IMG/VR virus record: IMGVR_UViG_3300036794_000053
Span: 32,001 to 96,000 of that record
From: a virus
Lineage: Duplodnaviria > Caudoviricetes
Length of the DNA stretch: 64,000 bases
Strand: one strand, 5' to 3'
The position numbers and the translations under genes were made by a program. The notes under the pieces were generated by a model. That model did no database searches. It saw nothing but the letters and a program-made list of their open reading frames with translations, and was not told where the DNA came from. Each line of letters opens with the position of its first letter. Position 1 is the first letter of the stretch. This document shows positions 56,202 through 64,000 of the stretch, one piece after another.

Positions 56202-56438
56202 TTACTTGCACTGCGTGATCGTGCCGGCGAATCCGAACCAGGACAGGAAGATCGGGATAGAGGCGACGCAGTTCGCGGTGGCGGTCCCGGACGAGCCGGA
56301 CTTTCCGCTGCTGGAGCCGGTGGAACCACTGGAGCCGCCGGCACCGCCGGCCCCTCCCGGAGAACTCGACGCGTACGCGACGCCGGGACACAAAGCTAGG
56401 GCGACAACCGTCGCGGTGGCCAGACAAGCACGCTTCAT
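56202..56438 (-). CDS. Small secreted peptide (signal, Gly/Ser linker, disulphide-closed hydrophobic tip)
   Basis: MKRACLATATVVALALCPGVAYA signal, then GS-rich linker, then NCVASIPIFLSWFGFAGTITQCK. Confidence 0.7.
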   Translation of the reverse strand: MKRACLATATVVALALCPGVAYASSSPGGAGGAGGSSGSTGSSSGKSGSSGTATANCVASIPIFLSWFGFAGTITQCK

Positions 56439-56544
56439 GGAACGCCCCCATGGGGTGGTGTGCGGGTGGTGGGGGCTGGATCGCGCCCCCACATGCAGAG
56501 TCGCACACCCCGGATTTTCTGTTACTGGGCCATTGGGGTGATCC

Positions 56545-56943
56545 ATGCCTGATCAGCCTGACCTCACCCCACGCCGGATGAGGTTCGCTTCGGTGTGGCG
56601 TGTCATGGTCGCGGTCACCGACGTCCTCTATGGCGGGGTGTTCGTTCTCGGCGGCACCGCTCACGCTTCCTACCAGCAGCTGCTGAAACCCACCATGCCG
56701 ATTGGTGTGTGGGGTGCGCTATTGGTGTTGGCGGGCGCGTTGTTCGTGTCACGGTATCTGGAGTGGGGCGGCGTTCTGGGCGCGCTGATCTGGACCACGT
56801 TTTCTGTGGCGTCGATGGTGACGCTGTTTCAACACACCGCCGAGACCGCGACCGGCCCAATCCTACTGGCGGCGTTCGCGGTTCAACACGTGCTCATCAC
56901 TTACGCGGCTGCCGCCGGGTTGGCCGCGCGACGGCGGAGGTAA
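56545..56943 (+). CDS. Four-helix membrane protein (lysis region)
   Basis: Several hydrophobic segments. Confidence 0.7.
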   Translation: MPDQPDLTPRRMRFASVWRVMVAVTDVLYGGVFVLGGTAHASYQQLLKPTMPIGVWGALLVLAGALFVSRYLEWGGVLGALIWTTFSVASMVTLFQHTAETATGPILLAAFAVQHVLITYAAAAGLAARRRR

Positions 56944-56948
56944 AGAGT

Positions 56949-57338
56949 GTGCCGACTGGAGCAGTTCCGCTGCCGTCTAACCCATGGTTGGCGTGGGCTA
57001 TCGTCGCGGTGTCCCTCATCATTGCTATCTCGCCGATTATTACTAGTCGAGTGAAGGACCACCTGAATCCGTCCGCGCATATCACAGTTTCCCCGACCCC
57101 GAGCCCAGTGGCGACGGTCGCTCCGCAGGTTGATGGGTTGAACGCGTTGATGGCGACGCTGGTGGCGAACCTGGAGAAACGCACCTCGGCGGCGGAGAAG
57201 AAAGCGGAGGACTTAGCGGAGGAGAACGGGAACCTTCGGCAGCAGTTGGCGAAAGCGGAGGAGCGTGCCGAGCACCTCAACGCGCGCGTGCAAGTGCTTA
57301 CTGACCGTCTGATGCAGCGAGGCCAGCGTGACAACTGA
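56949..57338 (+). CDS. Membrane-anchored coiled-coil protein
   Basis: N-terminal TM, C-terminal heptads. Confidence 0.7.
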   Translation: MPTGAVPLPSNPWLAWAIVAVSLIIAISPIITSRVKDHLNPSAHITVSPTPSPVATVAPQVDGLNALMATLVANLEKRTSAAEKKAEDLAEENGNLRQQLAKAEERAEHLNARVQVLTDRLMQRGQRDN

Positions 57339-57906
57339 TCCCGAGGAGGAGCACAACCCTGAAGAGGTTGTGCAGAAGATCGGTGAACTGTTCGCGGAAG
57401 CGGTGAACGAGGCTGCGCAGAAAGCTGAGCAGAAGGCTGAACAGCAGGCGCCGTATGAGGTGCGGAAGGCGATGCGCCGCTGGTATGGGCTGATTGTGGT
57501 CATGTCGGCGTTGATTGCGTTGGGTGTGTCGTTGGCGGGGTTGACGATCGGTTTGAACGCGCGGGCTGAGGTCGCCGCGGCGCATCAGGCGTACATGGCG
57601 CGGGCGGCGTCGTTGTCGACGCAGCGGCAACGCATCGCGGCGTTGAATGTGTTGTTGGCCCAGCAGGGTAAGCCGACGGTGGAGTTGCCGACTGATCCGT
57701 TGCAGGGGACCACGAATTTGACGTTGGCGAAGGTTCTGTTGCAGTTGCCGAAACAGGTTGTGGCGCCAGGGCCGAGGGGTATCCAAGGAATCCCAGGAAT
57801 TCCTGGGCCGCGTGGGCCGCAAGGACCCCCAGGCCCACCAGGACCAATAGGCCCAATGGGGCCTCGCGGCTACCCGGGAAGGCCATTCATCGCCCCGCCG
57901 CGCTAG
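57328..57906 (+). CDS. Membrane protein with collagen repeat
   Basis: TM plus ~13 Gly-X-Y triplets. Confidence 0.75.
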   Translation: MTTDPEEEHNPEEVVQKIGELFAEAVNEAAQKAEQKAEQQAPYEVRKAMRRWYGLIVVMSALIALGVSLAGLTIGLNARAEVAAAHQAYMARAASLSTQRQRIAALNVLLAQQGKPTVELPTDPLQGTTNLTLAKVLLQLPKQVVAPGPRGIQGIPGIPGPRGPQGPPGPPGPIGPMGPRGYPGRPFIAPPR

Positions 57907-57909
57907 CCT

Positions 57910-58281
57910 GTGCGCATGGTCGGGCGCCATGTCTCCCCACCGTCGCGCAAAACGAGCATGTTCCTCGCGGCCTGCGGCGCCATTTTCTGCGTCTCATGGC
58001 TGGGTGCGCACACCGCGCTCGCGGCGGCACCAGCTGTGCATGATGGAAAGGACGGTACAAACGGCATCAACGGCCTAGCCGGCAAGAACGGCTCAGACGG
58101 GGTAAACGGTCACGACGGGAAACGCGGCCCCAGGGGATACACCGGACACAGCGGCTCGGACATTCGGGTTGCCACGTTCAAGTTCCCCTTCGGTGTGTAC
58201 GTGTGTCCTCGCGCGGGGGGTAACGATCTGGACCCCTTGTACGACTGCTCGGCTGGCATCCCTAAACCGAAAGGTCCGTAA
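57910..58281 (+). CDS. Secreted or membrane collagen-like protein
   Basis: Hydrophobic N-terminus, GKDGTNGINGLAGKNG repeats, two C-terminal Cys. Confidence 0.65.
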   Translation: MRMVGRHVSPPSRKTSMFLAACGAIFCVSWLGAHTALAAAPAVHDGKDGTNGINGLAGKNGSDGVNGHDGKRGPRGYTGHSGSDIRVATFKFPFGVYVCPRAGGNDLDPLYDCSAGIPKPKGP

Positions 58282-58443
58282 TGCACTTCGTTATGGCTGT
58301 CCTGATCGCCGCCACAGGTCTCTTCGGAGACGGCGGTGGGGCGCAGGCCTCCCATCACTCGTTCTGTTTCTACCACCCGCACGCCTACGTATGCGTGCGT
58401 CACAACGGTTTCCACCGTTTCCACCGCCTTCATGGAGGGCACC

Positions 58444-59118
58444 ATGTTTAAGTCTGTACTTACTGTGCTCGCCGCCGCGGCGGTGGCACTCGGGGTTTCC
58501 GCCGGGACCGCCCAGGCGACCGCCCCTACCTTCAACGACAACTGTGTGTCTAACGGCGGCCTCGTGTCGACTGGCTGCAACGACATCAACACTGTGACCG
58601 GTCTTCCGCTTGTCGGGGGTCTTCTGGGTAGCCAGGGTGGTTTGCTCGGCGCCGGTGCGCTTCCGTTCCACCACCGTCGCGGCTTCTTCCCGGGTGGCGG
58701 TTTCGGCTGGTCCCCATATCTGGAAGGTTCCTTCCTGAACGGTGCCGCGTACGGTTTCAACCAGGTTGAGGTGTGCCCGTTCCAGTCGTTCGGCGCTTTC
58801 TCCGGGACGTGGCGGCACCGCCTCGGCGGCCGGTGGCCGGGTTTCGAGCGGACCATGTTCGGGCTTGACCGTGGCGGCTGGGGCCGTAGTTTCGGTGCGC
58901 TACGCGCCGAGGCCTGCGGTGGTGGTTCGGTGATCGCTGAGCCGTACCCGGTCGCGGTACCGGTTCCGGCTTATGACCCGGGTGTCGGGTCGTGTGGGTG
59001 CGCCGCGCCGGCTGCCTATTTCCCGTCCCCGTCGGGTAACCGGATCACTGATGTGCCGCAGTACGCCCCGTCGGCTGGCGATAGCGGTCTGGCGCCTGAC
59101 ACGGTGCGAGTGAACTAA
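58444..59118 (+). CDS. Secreted Gly/Cys-rich protein, probable sortase substrate
   Basis: GGAGG RBS; signal peptide ending AQA; C-terminal VPQYAPSAGDSG; abuts the sortase gene. Confidence 0.7.
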   Translation: MFKSVLTVLAAAAVALGVSAGTAQATAPTFNDNCVSNGGLVSTGCNDINTVTGLPLVGGLLGSQGGLLGAGALPFHHRRGFFPGGGFGWSPYLEGSFLNGAAYGFNQVEVCPFQSFGAFSGTWRHRLGGRWPGFERTMFGLDRGGWGRSFGALRAEACGGGSVIAEPYPVAVPVPAYDPGVGSCGCAAPAAYFPSPSGNRITDVPQYAPSAGDSGLAPDTVRVN

Positions 59119-59676
59119 ATGCGTTGGGGGGTCCTGGTGGCCCTGCTGGTGGGTGCGTTGTGTGTCGGCGCACCCACCAGCTATGCCGCCACCAGAGTGA
59201 TACCGACGGAGATACGCATCCCATCCATTGGAGTGGACGGCCAGTTGATGGGGCTCGGGTTGAACCCAGACCGGACACTGCAAACACCGCCGTTGAAGAC
59301 TCCGCTGCTCGCCGGCTGGTATGTCGGTGCACCTGTCCCGGGCGATCCTGGCTCGGCGGTGGTAGTGGCGCATGTCGATGGTGATGGCCAACCGGGGTTG
59401 TTCCTCAATCTGTCCAAAGTCAAAGCTGGCGACGACATCTATGTGACCCGGTCGGACGGGAAGACCGCCACGTTCGTGGTCACTCAGGTAGCTAAGTATG
59501 CGAAGGAGCCTGGCGACGCGGTGAAGGGCGAGCAGGTGTTTCCGAGCGAGTTGTTCTATAGCAACCAGGCGCAGTCGGAACTGCACCTCGCTACCTGCGG
59601 CGGCCGGTATGACGCGGCGAACCGCAACTATCTCGACTCGATCGTGGTCTATTCGAACCTGGTTAGCCTGCGATGA
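59119..59676 (+). CDS. Class F sortase
   Basis: IRIPSIGVD, AGWY...PVPGDPGSAVVVAHVD, GDDIYV.RSDG, LHLATCGG and IVVY; catalytic His and Cys present. Confidence 0.92.
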   Translation: MRWGVLVALLVGALCVGAPTSYAATRVIPTEIRIPSIGVDGQLMGLGLNPDRTLQTPPLKTPLLAGWYVGAPVPGDPGSAVVVAHVDGDGQPGLFLNLSKVKAGDDIYVTRSDGKTATFVVTQVAKYAKEPGDAVKGEQVFPSELFYSNQAQSELHLATCGGRYDAANRNYLDSIVVYSNLVSLR

Positions 59677-60545
59677 CCGCGGGCGTTGACTACTACGCGG
59701 GTCCGGTGAACCCGGCCGCGCTCACCGCCGCCGGCTACGCCTGCGTTTTCCGCTATGTGGACGACGCGATCTATGGGCTGGCGTCGAAGAACATCACTGT
59801 GGTCGAGTACAACGAACTCACCGCCGCCGGCCTCGATGTGTACTTGGTGTTCGAGCATCTGGCCGATGACTACACGGGCGGCTTCCTCGCTGGTGTGGTG
59901 AACGCGCAACGCGCGCTGAGCGGCGCCACCCAGCTCGGCTATAGCGGCCCGGTGTTCATATCGATTGATGACCACCTAGACGCTGAACAAATCCCGATTG
60001 CAGTGGACTATCTGGATGGTGCCGAACACATCCTCGGCCAGCAGCTCGGGGTGTACGGATTCTCCGAGTTGATCCAAGCCTGCCAGGCGCAGCAGCTCGG
60101 CAGCGTGTATTGGCAGTGCGGTCACCAGCCCGCCGCGAACGCGGGTGTTCATGTGTGGCAGCGAAACGATGGCTCGGTAACGGTCGACGGTGTGGTGTGT
60201 GACGTCGATGTGATCCTGATCCCTTTCCCGGAGGAAGACGACATGGCCCAGGTGCCGCAGGACCAGTGGAATACGGTGTACACCCAGTTGTGTGGGCTGT
60301 TCACGGCGTGGGCTGGTGGCACCACCGGTGATCCGGACAACACCGCCTACGACTTCCTACAGTATTTGCTGCGGGCGAACGTGCAGCTGAACCAGCTAGG
60401 ACTGCAGGTAGCGGCGCTTCAAACCACGGTCGACTCCCTGACCTCAGGCACTATCGCTGAAGGGGAAGTGCGGCGCATCTCCGAGGCGGTTGTGCAGACG
60501 ACGCTGAAGTCATTGGCTGACTCGCTCAGCGGCCAACGCGGCTAA
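59673..60545 (+). CDS. Endolysin, DUF1906/Rv2525c-like glycoside hydrolase
   Basis: GVDY, FRYV, KNIT..EY, LVFE, VFISID, GVYG and WQ motifs. Confidence 0.85.
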   Translation: MTAGVDYYAGPVNPAALTAAGYACVFRYVDDAIYGLASKNITVVEYNELTAAGLDVYLVFEHLADDYTGGFLAGVVNAQRALSGATQLGYSGPVFISIDDHLDAEQIPIAVDYLDGAEHILGQQLGVYGFSELIQACQAQQLGSVYWQCGHQPAANAGVHVWQRNDGSVTVDGVVCDVDVILIPFPEEDDMAQVPQDQWNTVYTQLCGLFTAWAGGTTGDPDNTAYDFLQYLLRANVQLNQLGLQVAALQTTVDSLTSGTIAEGEVRRISEAVVQTTLKSLADSLSGQRG

Positions 60546-60757
60546 TGTGCCGGCATTCTTGGCACGCCTGGTTCGCCGCGTGCGGAGCCACCTTCACCTA
60601 CCTGGAATGGCGGGCCTATTACAGGGGTTGTCACCGCACCCTGTCACGGGAGCTGCGGGCGTGGCTGCGTTGCAAACAGCACCCGTGGTCGGCGCTGGTG
60701 TTCATTGCGTTGGGTGCGTGGCTGGCGCATCACCTGCGTGAGCTTCAAGAGCTTTGA
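60545..60757 (+). CDS. Small membrane protein
   Basis: TAATG coupling; E..A...TLS..LR.W motif with two hydrophobic segments. Confidence 0.6.
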   Translation: MCRHSWHAWFAACGATFTYLEWRAYYRGCHRTLSRELRAWLRCKQHPWSALVFIALGAWLAHHLRELQEL

Positions 60758-61241
60758 GCTGGGCGCCGAGTCGGGTGCATTCGCCGCGGACGTAATCGAG
60801 CGTGCGGTACGCCATGAGTCCGTCGCTGACGGGTTGCTCGGTGAGCCAAGTCAACGTTTGCAACAACGCATTCAAACCCGGTGAGACGTCGGATGCGTGC
60901 GCGCAGTCCCAGCCCAGCCACCACACGTTCGCTGGTTGCCCAGGTTCTGGGGTGTGACACACCCGGGACTCAACCGGCCCGTCCTCCTGGCAGAACGAGG
61001 AGAACGTCAACCCGCCGTGCACGTCAATGTCCGGGATGGTGCTGTAGTCCTTGCCGTGCAGCGGATGCCCAGGCGGCACCGCGACGTAGCCGCACCAGCT
61101 GCCGATAGACGGCATCGGCCGCACCGCTAGGCACGGGAATCCGGTGGCCTCGTCAATCCAATAGGCCTTGTCCGGTTCACCGTCCCACGGGCCGGGCCCC
61201 CAGCTGGTGCGGTCCATTGCCGGGTTAGTCCAGGTTTGCAT
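60702..61241 (-). CDS. Conserved phage hypothetical protein
   Basis: GPWDGEPD, WCGYV.VP..HP, VHGGLTF and WWLGWDCAH motifs. Confidence 0.75.
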   Translation of the reverse strand: MQTWTNPAMDRTSWGPGPWDGEPDKAYWIDEATGFPCLAVRPMPSIGSWCGYVAVPPGHPLHGKDYSTIPDIDVHGGLTFSSFCQEDGPVESRVCHTPEPGQPANVWWLGWDCAHASDVSPGLNALLQTLTWLTEQPVSDGLMAYRTLDYVRGECTRLGAQLKALEAHAGDAPATHPTQ

Positions 61242-61252
61242 GAGGAGACTCC

Positions 61253-61495
61253 ATGTTCACGTCCACGTTTTGGGCATCTACCCTGGAACGATTGTTGAAA
61301 ACGTTCTGCCAATCACTGTTGGCGATTCTGACGGTTGGCCCAGCATTCAACGTGTTGAACGTGTCGTGGTCGAATGCGTTGGGTGTCGCCGCCGGCGCCG
61401 CGATCCTATCTCTGTTAACGTCGTTAGCGTCCGTCAACATTGGGCCCGCAGGCTCCCCGTCTTTGGTGGGTAAGCATGAAGGGCCCTCCGAATAG
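61253..61495 (+). CDS. Holin (r1t-type)
   Basis: FW..TLER.LKTF.Q, V.W..AL.VA.GAAILSLLTSLAS; AGGAG RBS. Confidence 0.85.
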   Translation: MFTSTFWASTLERLLKTFCQSLLAILTVGPAFNVLNVSWSNALGVAAGAAILSLLTSLASVNIGPAGSPSLVGKHEGPSE

Positions 61496-61607
61496 TCCCA
61501 GTTGAGCTGGCCGGCTTCGGGAGTCGGTGGTTCCTGGGACTGGGCGTCTCCCCGTGCGACCTGGTAGCCCTAACCTCTCCGGGGCTCGGCGCACGGGGAG
61601 ACGACCC

Positions 61608-61928
61608 TTAGTCGAAGTCTTTGTTGACCCGATCCCGCCACACCGTCAACTCGCGGATGAGCGCGTCAACCTGGTCGACGTCCAGCACGATCGTGTTCAT
61701 GTCCGCTTCCAACGATACCCGTAGCCACCGGTAGCACTGGTCATTCCGCGGGTCATGCTCATCCCAATCCTGCCGCACATAGCCGGGGATGTAGCCGAAG
61801 TCCAATGCCCCGCCGCGTGGCCCATTCAACTGCGGCATCACATGGGAGCGTTGGTACACGAAGGGCTCGGAGAAACCATCCTCGAACGCGTCCTCGTCGA
61901 AGATGGCGAAGGAACACCAGATACTCAC
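61608..61928 (-). CDS. Hypothetical protein
   Basis: SIWCS...PFVYQRSHVMP; start overlaps the upstream stop. Confidence 0.6.
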   Translation of the reverse strand: MSIWCSFAIFDEDAFEDGFSEPFVYQRSHVMPQLNGPRGGALDFGYIPGYVRQDWDEHDPRNDQCYRWLRVSLEADMNTIVLDVDQVDALIRELTVWRDRVNKDFD

Positions 61929-62212
61929 TCGTCGTCCTCGTCTTCCCCAGTCCATTGCCACGACGGGTCTTTCGCGCCGGCCAACTTCGCCCACTCCAAC
62001 CACTGTTCCTTCGTGGCCGGCACCTCCATGCGGTACCGCTCACTCGCATAAGCCTTGTCCATCGACCAGAACACCACAGCACACATGTGGTGCCCGGTCC
62101 ACTCACACAACTTGTTGGCCACCGACACCGCCGTTTCCCACCACCATGGTGTGTCCACGATCCGCAGTATCACCGTGTCGTTACGGCCGTAATAGAAACC
62201 GAAACTTTGCAC
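61925..62212 (-). CDS. Hypothetical protein
   Basis: GAAGGA RBS, GTG start. Confidence 0.6.
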   Translation of the reverse strand: MQSFGFYYGRNDTVILRIVDTPWWWETAVSVANKLCEWTGHHMCAVVFWSMDKAYASERYRMEVPATKEQWLEWAKLAGAKDPSWQWTGEDEDDE

Positions 62213-62229
62213 TAGTCCTTCCCCACTGT

Positions 62230-62290
62230 AAAAGGGCGCCTCGCTCCTCTACCCCCTCTGCTGGGGAGGAGCGAGGCGCCCTCTTTTTTT
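62230..62290. terminator. Bidirectional intrinsic terminator
   Basis: aaaa gggcgcctcgctcctc...gaggagcgaggcgccc tc ttttttt. Confidence 0.8.
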
Positions 62291-62370
62291 ATGCCCGGAT
62301 GCTCAACCTGACCCTCGGGAGCATCGCGGGCCGATAGCGTGACCCATGTGACAACCCTGGGCGGGTCACG

Positions 62371-62502
62371 CTAAGGCAGCACGTCATCGTCATCGACGTA
62401 CTCGTCATCATCGTCGGCTTGGCTGCGTGTCATATAGGCGGCCACCCCGATCAGCAGCAGCGTGACCGCCACCGCGAGCGCGATCTTCCACCCGTCACCC
62501 AT
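62371..62502 (-). CDS. 43-aa membrane peptide with acidic tail (not in the ORF track)
   Basis: MGDGWKIALAVAVTLLLIGVAAYMTRSQADDDDEYVDDDDVLP; start overlaps the TROVE stop. Confidence 0.6.
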   Translation of the reverse strand: MGDGWKIALAVAVTLLLIGVAAYMTRSQADDDDEYVDDDDVLP

Positions 62503-64000
62503 TCCACGGCCAACTTCCGTTGTGCCCGGATTCGAGCAGCGGGATCATCTTGAACGTGTGGTCTCCCATGCCGCCGAGCTGGTAGCGGTTCGGCTTATCC
62601 GGCAACATCGCCCGGTTGTAGCCGCCCAGGTTGAACGCGTAGATCGGGATGTTCGGCGGCGCACCGTCGGACACGTTCCCCCGATAGTTAGCGAACGACT
62701 GCTCATCGGTGATGATGACCACCCGGTCATGCTTGGCATAAGCGCCGTGGATCGCCGCGGCGGTTTCGGTGCCGTGCCCGACCTCGCCGACCCGCTTAAC
62801 GAACCGTTCCACCTCAGGTAGGACGCTGCCACCGGTGGTGATCTTGTGCTTGAAGATGCCGGAGGCGTATCCGTATAGGTCGACGTTGTTGGCGCCGCAC
62901 TTGTTGGCCAACGCCACCCCGAACAACGACGCCGTCATGACTGGGCTGATCTTCGACTTCGCCGAGTAGGTCATCCCGGACATAGACCCCGAGGTGTCCA
63001 CCAGGATCAGTGTCCGCCCGGTCAGCGCCGGGAGGTTCTGAAACGCCGAATCCAGAGCCTTCCCGAGCGCCACCTTCCACCGGTCATTACTGATCTCCTG
63101 GTAGGCGGAGAACCAGCGGTACGGTAGCTGCCGCGACTTGGCCACCACCTCCGGGTCGCTGATCGTGGCACACACCTTCGCCGCCACCTCATCAGAGACC
63201 CCAGCCTCATCGAAATTCCTGAGGTTCCGGATCAACGCCATGACCCCCATGTTCGGGATCATCGACTCCCACGCGCCCTTATCCATCGGACCCTGCAACC
63301 AACCAGCGACCGCCTCCCAAGTCATCCCCGCGTCATTCAACGCAACCGGGTCCAACGCGGCACGACGCTCACCAACCGGCAACGCCATCAACTGCGCACG
63401 ATTGGTCAACACCCGCAGCGACTCCGGGATCGGATTGTCCCGGTTGTGCCGGCGAGCCAACGCATGCTCATACAGATCACCCTGCCAACTGGCCTTCTTA
63501 TCCGGGTGGGTCAGATCGAGCACGTCACCGAACCGGACGGAACGCTTCTCATTCGCCGTGTCGTACTTCAGCAGGGACCGCTCGTTGTACAGCCTTTCGG
63601 CCGCGTCGGCGACGCCGCGCTTCAACGGCTTCGGCAGCGAACGCCCATACTGACCCATCCAATAGGCCAGCATCTCCCCCGGCTCATCGGCCCGCTGCAA
63701 CACCGAACTCACCACGGCACGGCCACCGGGAATTTTGCTGCCCAATGCGGCCTGCACAAACTCGGCCGCACCCACCAGTGACGCGGAGCGCATGTTGCCG
63801 TCGCCGCGTAGCCACCGCAGGAAATCGGCGGTCCATTCGGCGTCCTCAACGGTCGCCTTCCGCACCAACGCGGAGAACCGGGCGTCCCTGTCCTCCGCCT
63901 TCTCATAGAAGGTGCTCTCCCCAACAAAGTTGGAGACGGCGAGGAGGAACAGTTCCGACTTGGTGTCCCGCGCATACGCGGCGTGGCCCTCATACGTTGT
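62495..64000 (-). CDS. Ro60-like TROVE + vWA RNA-binding protein, 5' end outside the window
   Basis: Frame open to the edge (..KSELFLLAVSNFVGESTFYE); NMRS, RADEPGE, MTWE, MALIRNLRNF and MIDAS LVDTSGSM...TDEQ. Confidence 0.92.
   Translation of the reverse strand, partial: TTYEGHAAYARDTKSELFLLAVSNFVGESTFYEKAEDRDARFSALVRKATVEDAEWTADFLRWLRGDGNMRSASLVGAAEFVQAALGSKIPGGRAVVSSVLQRADEPGEMLAYWMGQYGRSLPKPLKRGVADAAERLYNERSLLKYDTANEKRSVRFGDVLDLTHPDKKASWQGDLYEHALARRHNRDNPIPESLRVLTNRAQLMALPVGERRAALDPVALNDAGMTWEAVAGWLQGPMDKGAWESMIPNMGVMALIRNLRNFDEAGVSDEVAAKVCATISDPEVVAKSRQLPYRWFSAYQEISNDRWKVALGKALDSAFQNLPALTGRTLILVDTSGSMSGMTYSAKSKISPVMTASLFGVALANKCGANNVDLYGYASGIFKHKITTGGSVLPEVERFVKRVGEVGHGTETAAAIHGAYAKHDRVVIITDEQSFANYRGNVSDGAPPNIPIYAFNLGGYNRAMLPDKPNRYQLGGMGDHTFKMIPLLESGHNGSWPWNG

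Larger units (their letters stand above)
1..64000. mobile_element. Tailed actinobacteriophage (siphovirus-like) genome segment; no host flanks seen
   Basis: Ordered TerL-portal-MuF-protease-capsid-tail-chaperone-TMP-minor tail-lysin-holin module; high GC; actinobacteria-type genes (Rpf, class F sortase, ClpC1-like N domain). Confidence 0.96.

Noticed and set aside
62215-62372. Y RNA / YrlA downstream of the TROVE gene
   Set aside because: Three hairpins are present but there is no T-arm (GGTTCGA-type) or tRNA-like domain; the largest is a plain terminator.
1-64000. tRNA, rRNA genes and DNA polymerase, primase or replicative helicase
   Set aside because: None recognised by eye; they may lie outside the window, and a tRNAscan/HMM run would be needed to be sure.

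Overview
The whole window is a high-GC tailed (siphovirus-like) actinobacteriophage segment with no host housekeeping genes. From left to right: (1) ~0.3-5.6 kb (+) accessory, host-directed genes: papain-like peptidase, a ClpC N-terminal-domain-only protein, a secreted Rpf-LysM, a DUF1003-type membrane protein and a nucleosidase. (2) ~5.6-19.4 kb, mostly leftward small early genes, with a displaced small-terminase-like gene, a Xis-like HTH, a minimal tyrosine recombinase, an HhH-glycosylase-like gene, a class II amidotransferase plus amidoligase pair, and an orphan RuvB. (3) A ~1 kb control region (19.4-20.4 kb) containing a structured leader, an rRNA-type boxA, a promoter with two CRP/GlxR boxes (one centred at -41.5), five phased 12-bp repeats and a sharp strand-skew switch. 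(4) XRE regulator and DEDDh exonuclease. (5) Virion operon at 23.7-56.1 kb: TerL, portal, MuF-like, protease, capsid, connectors, major tail, -1 frameshifted chaperones, two tandem paralogous tape-measure genes and minor tail proteins. (6) Lysis and surface region: collagen-like membrane proteins, a secreted protein with a class F sortase, DUF1906-type endolysin and r1t-type holin. (7) A Ro60/TROVE gene running off the right edge. The most unusual elements are the twin tape measure genes, the sortase-substrate-lysin operon, and a set of features pointing at host dormancy and germination (Rpf, ClpC decoy, CRP-dependent boxA early promoter). All family assignments come from motif recognition by eye, not from database searches.
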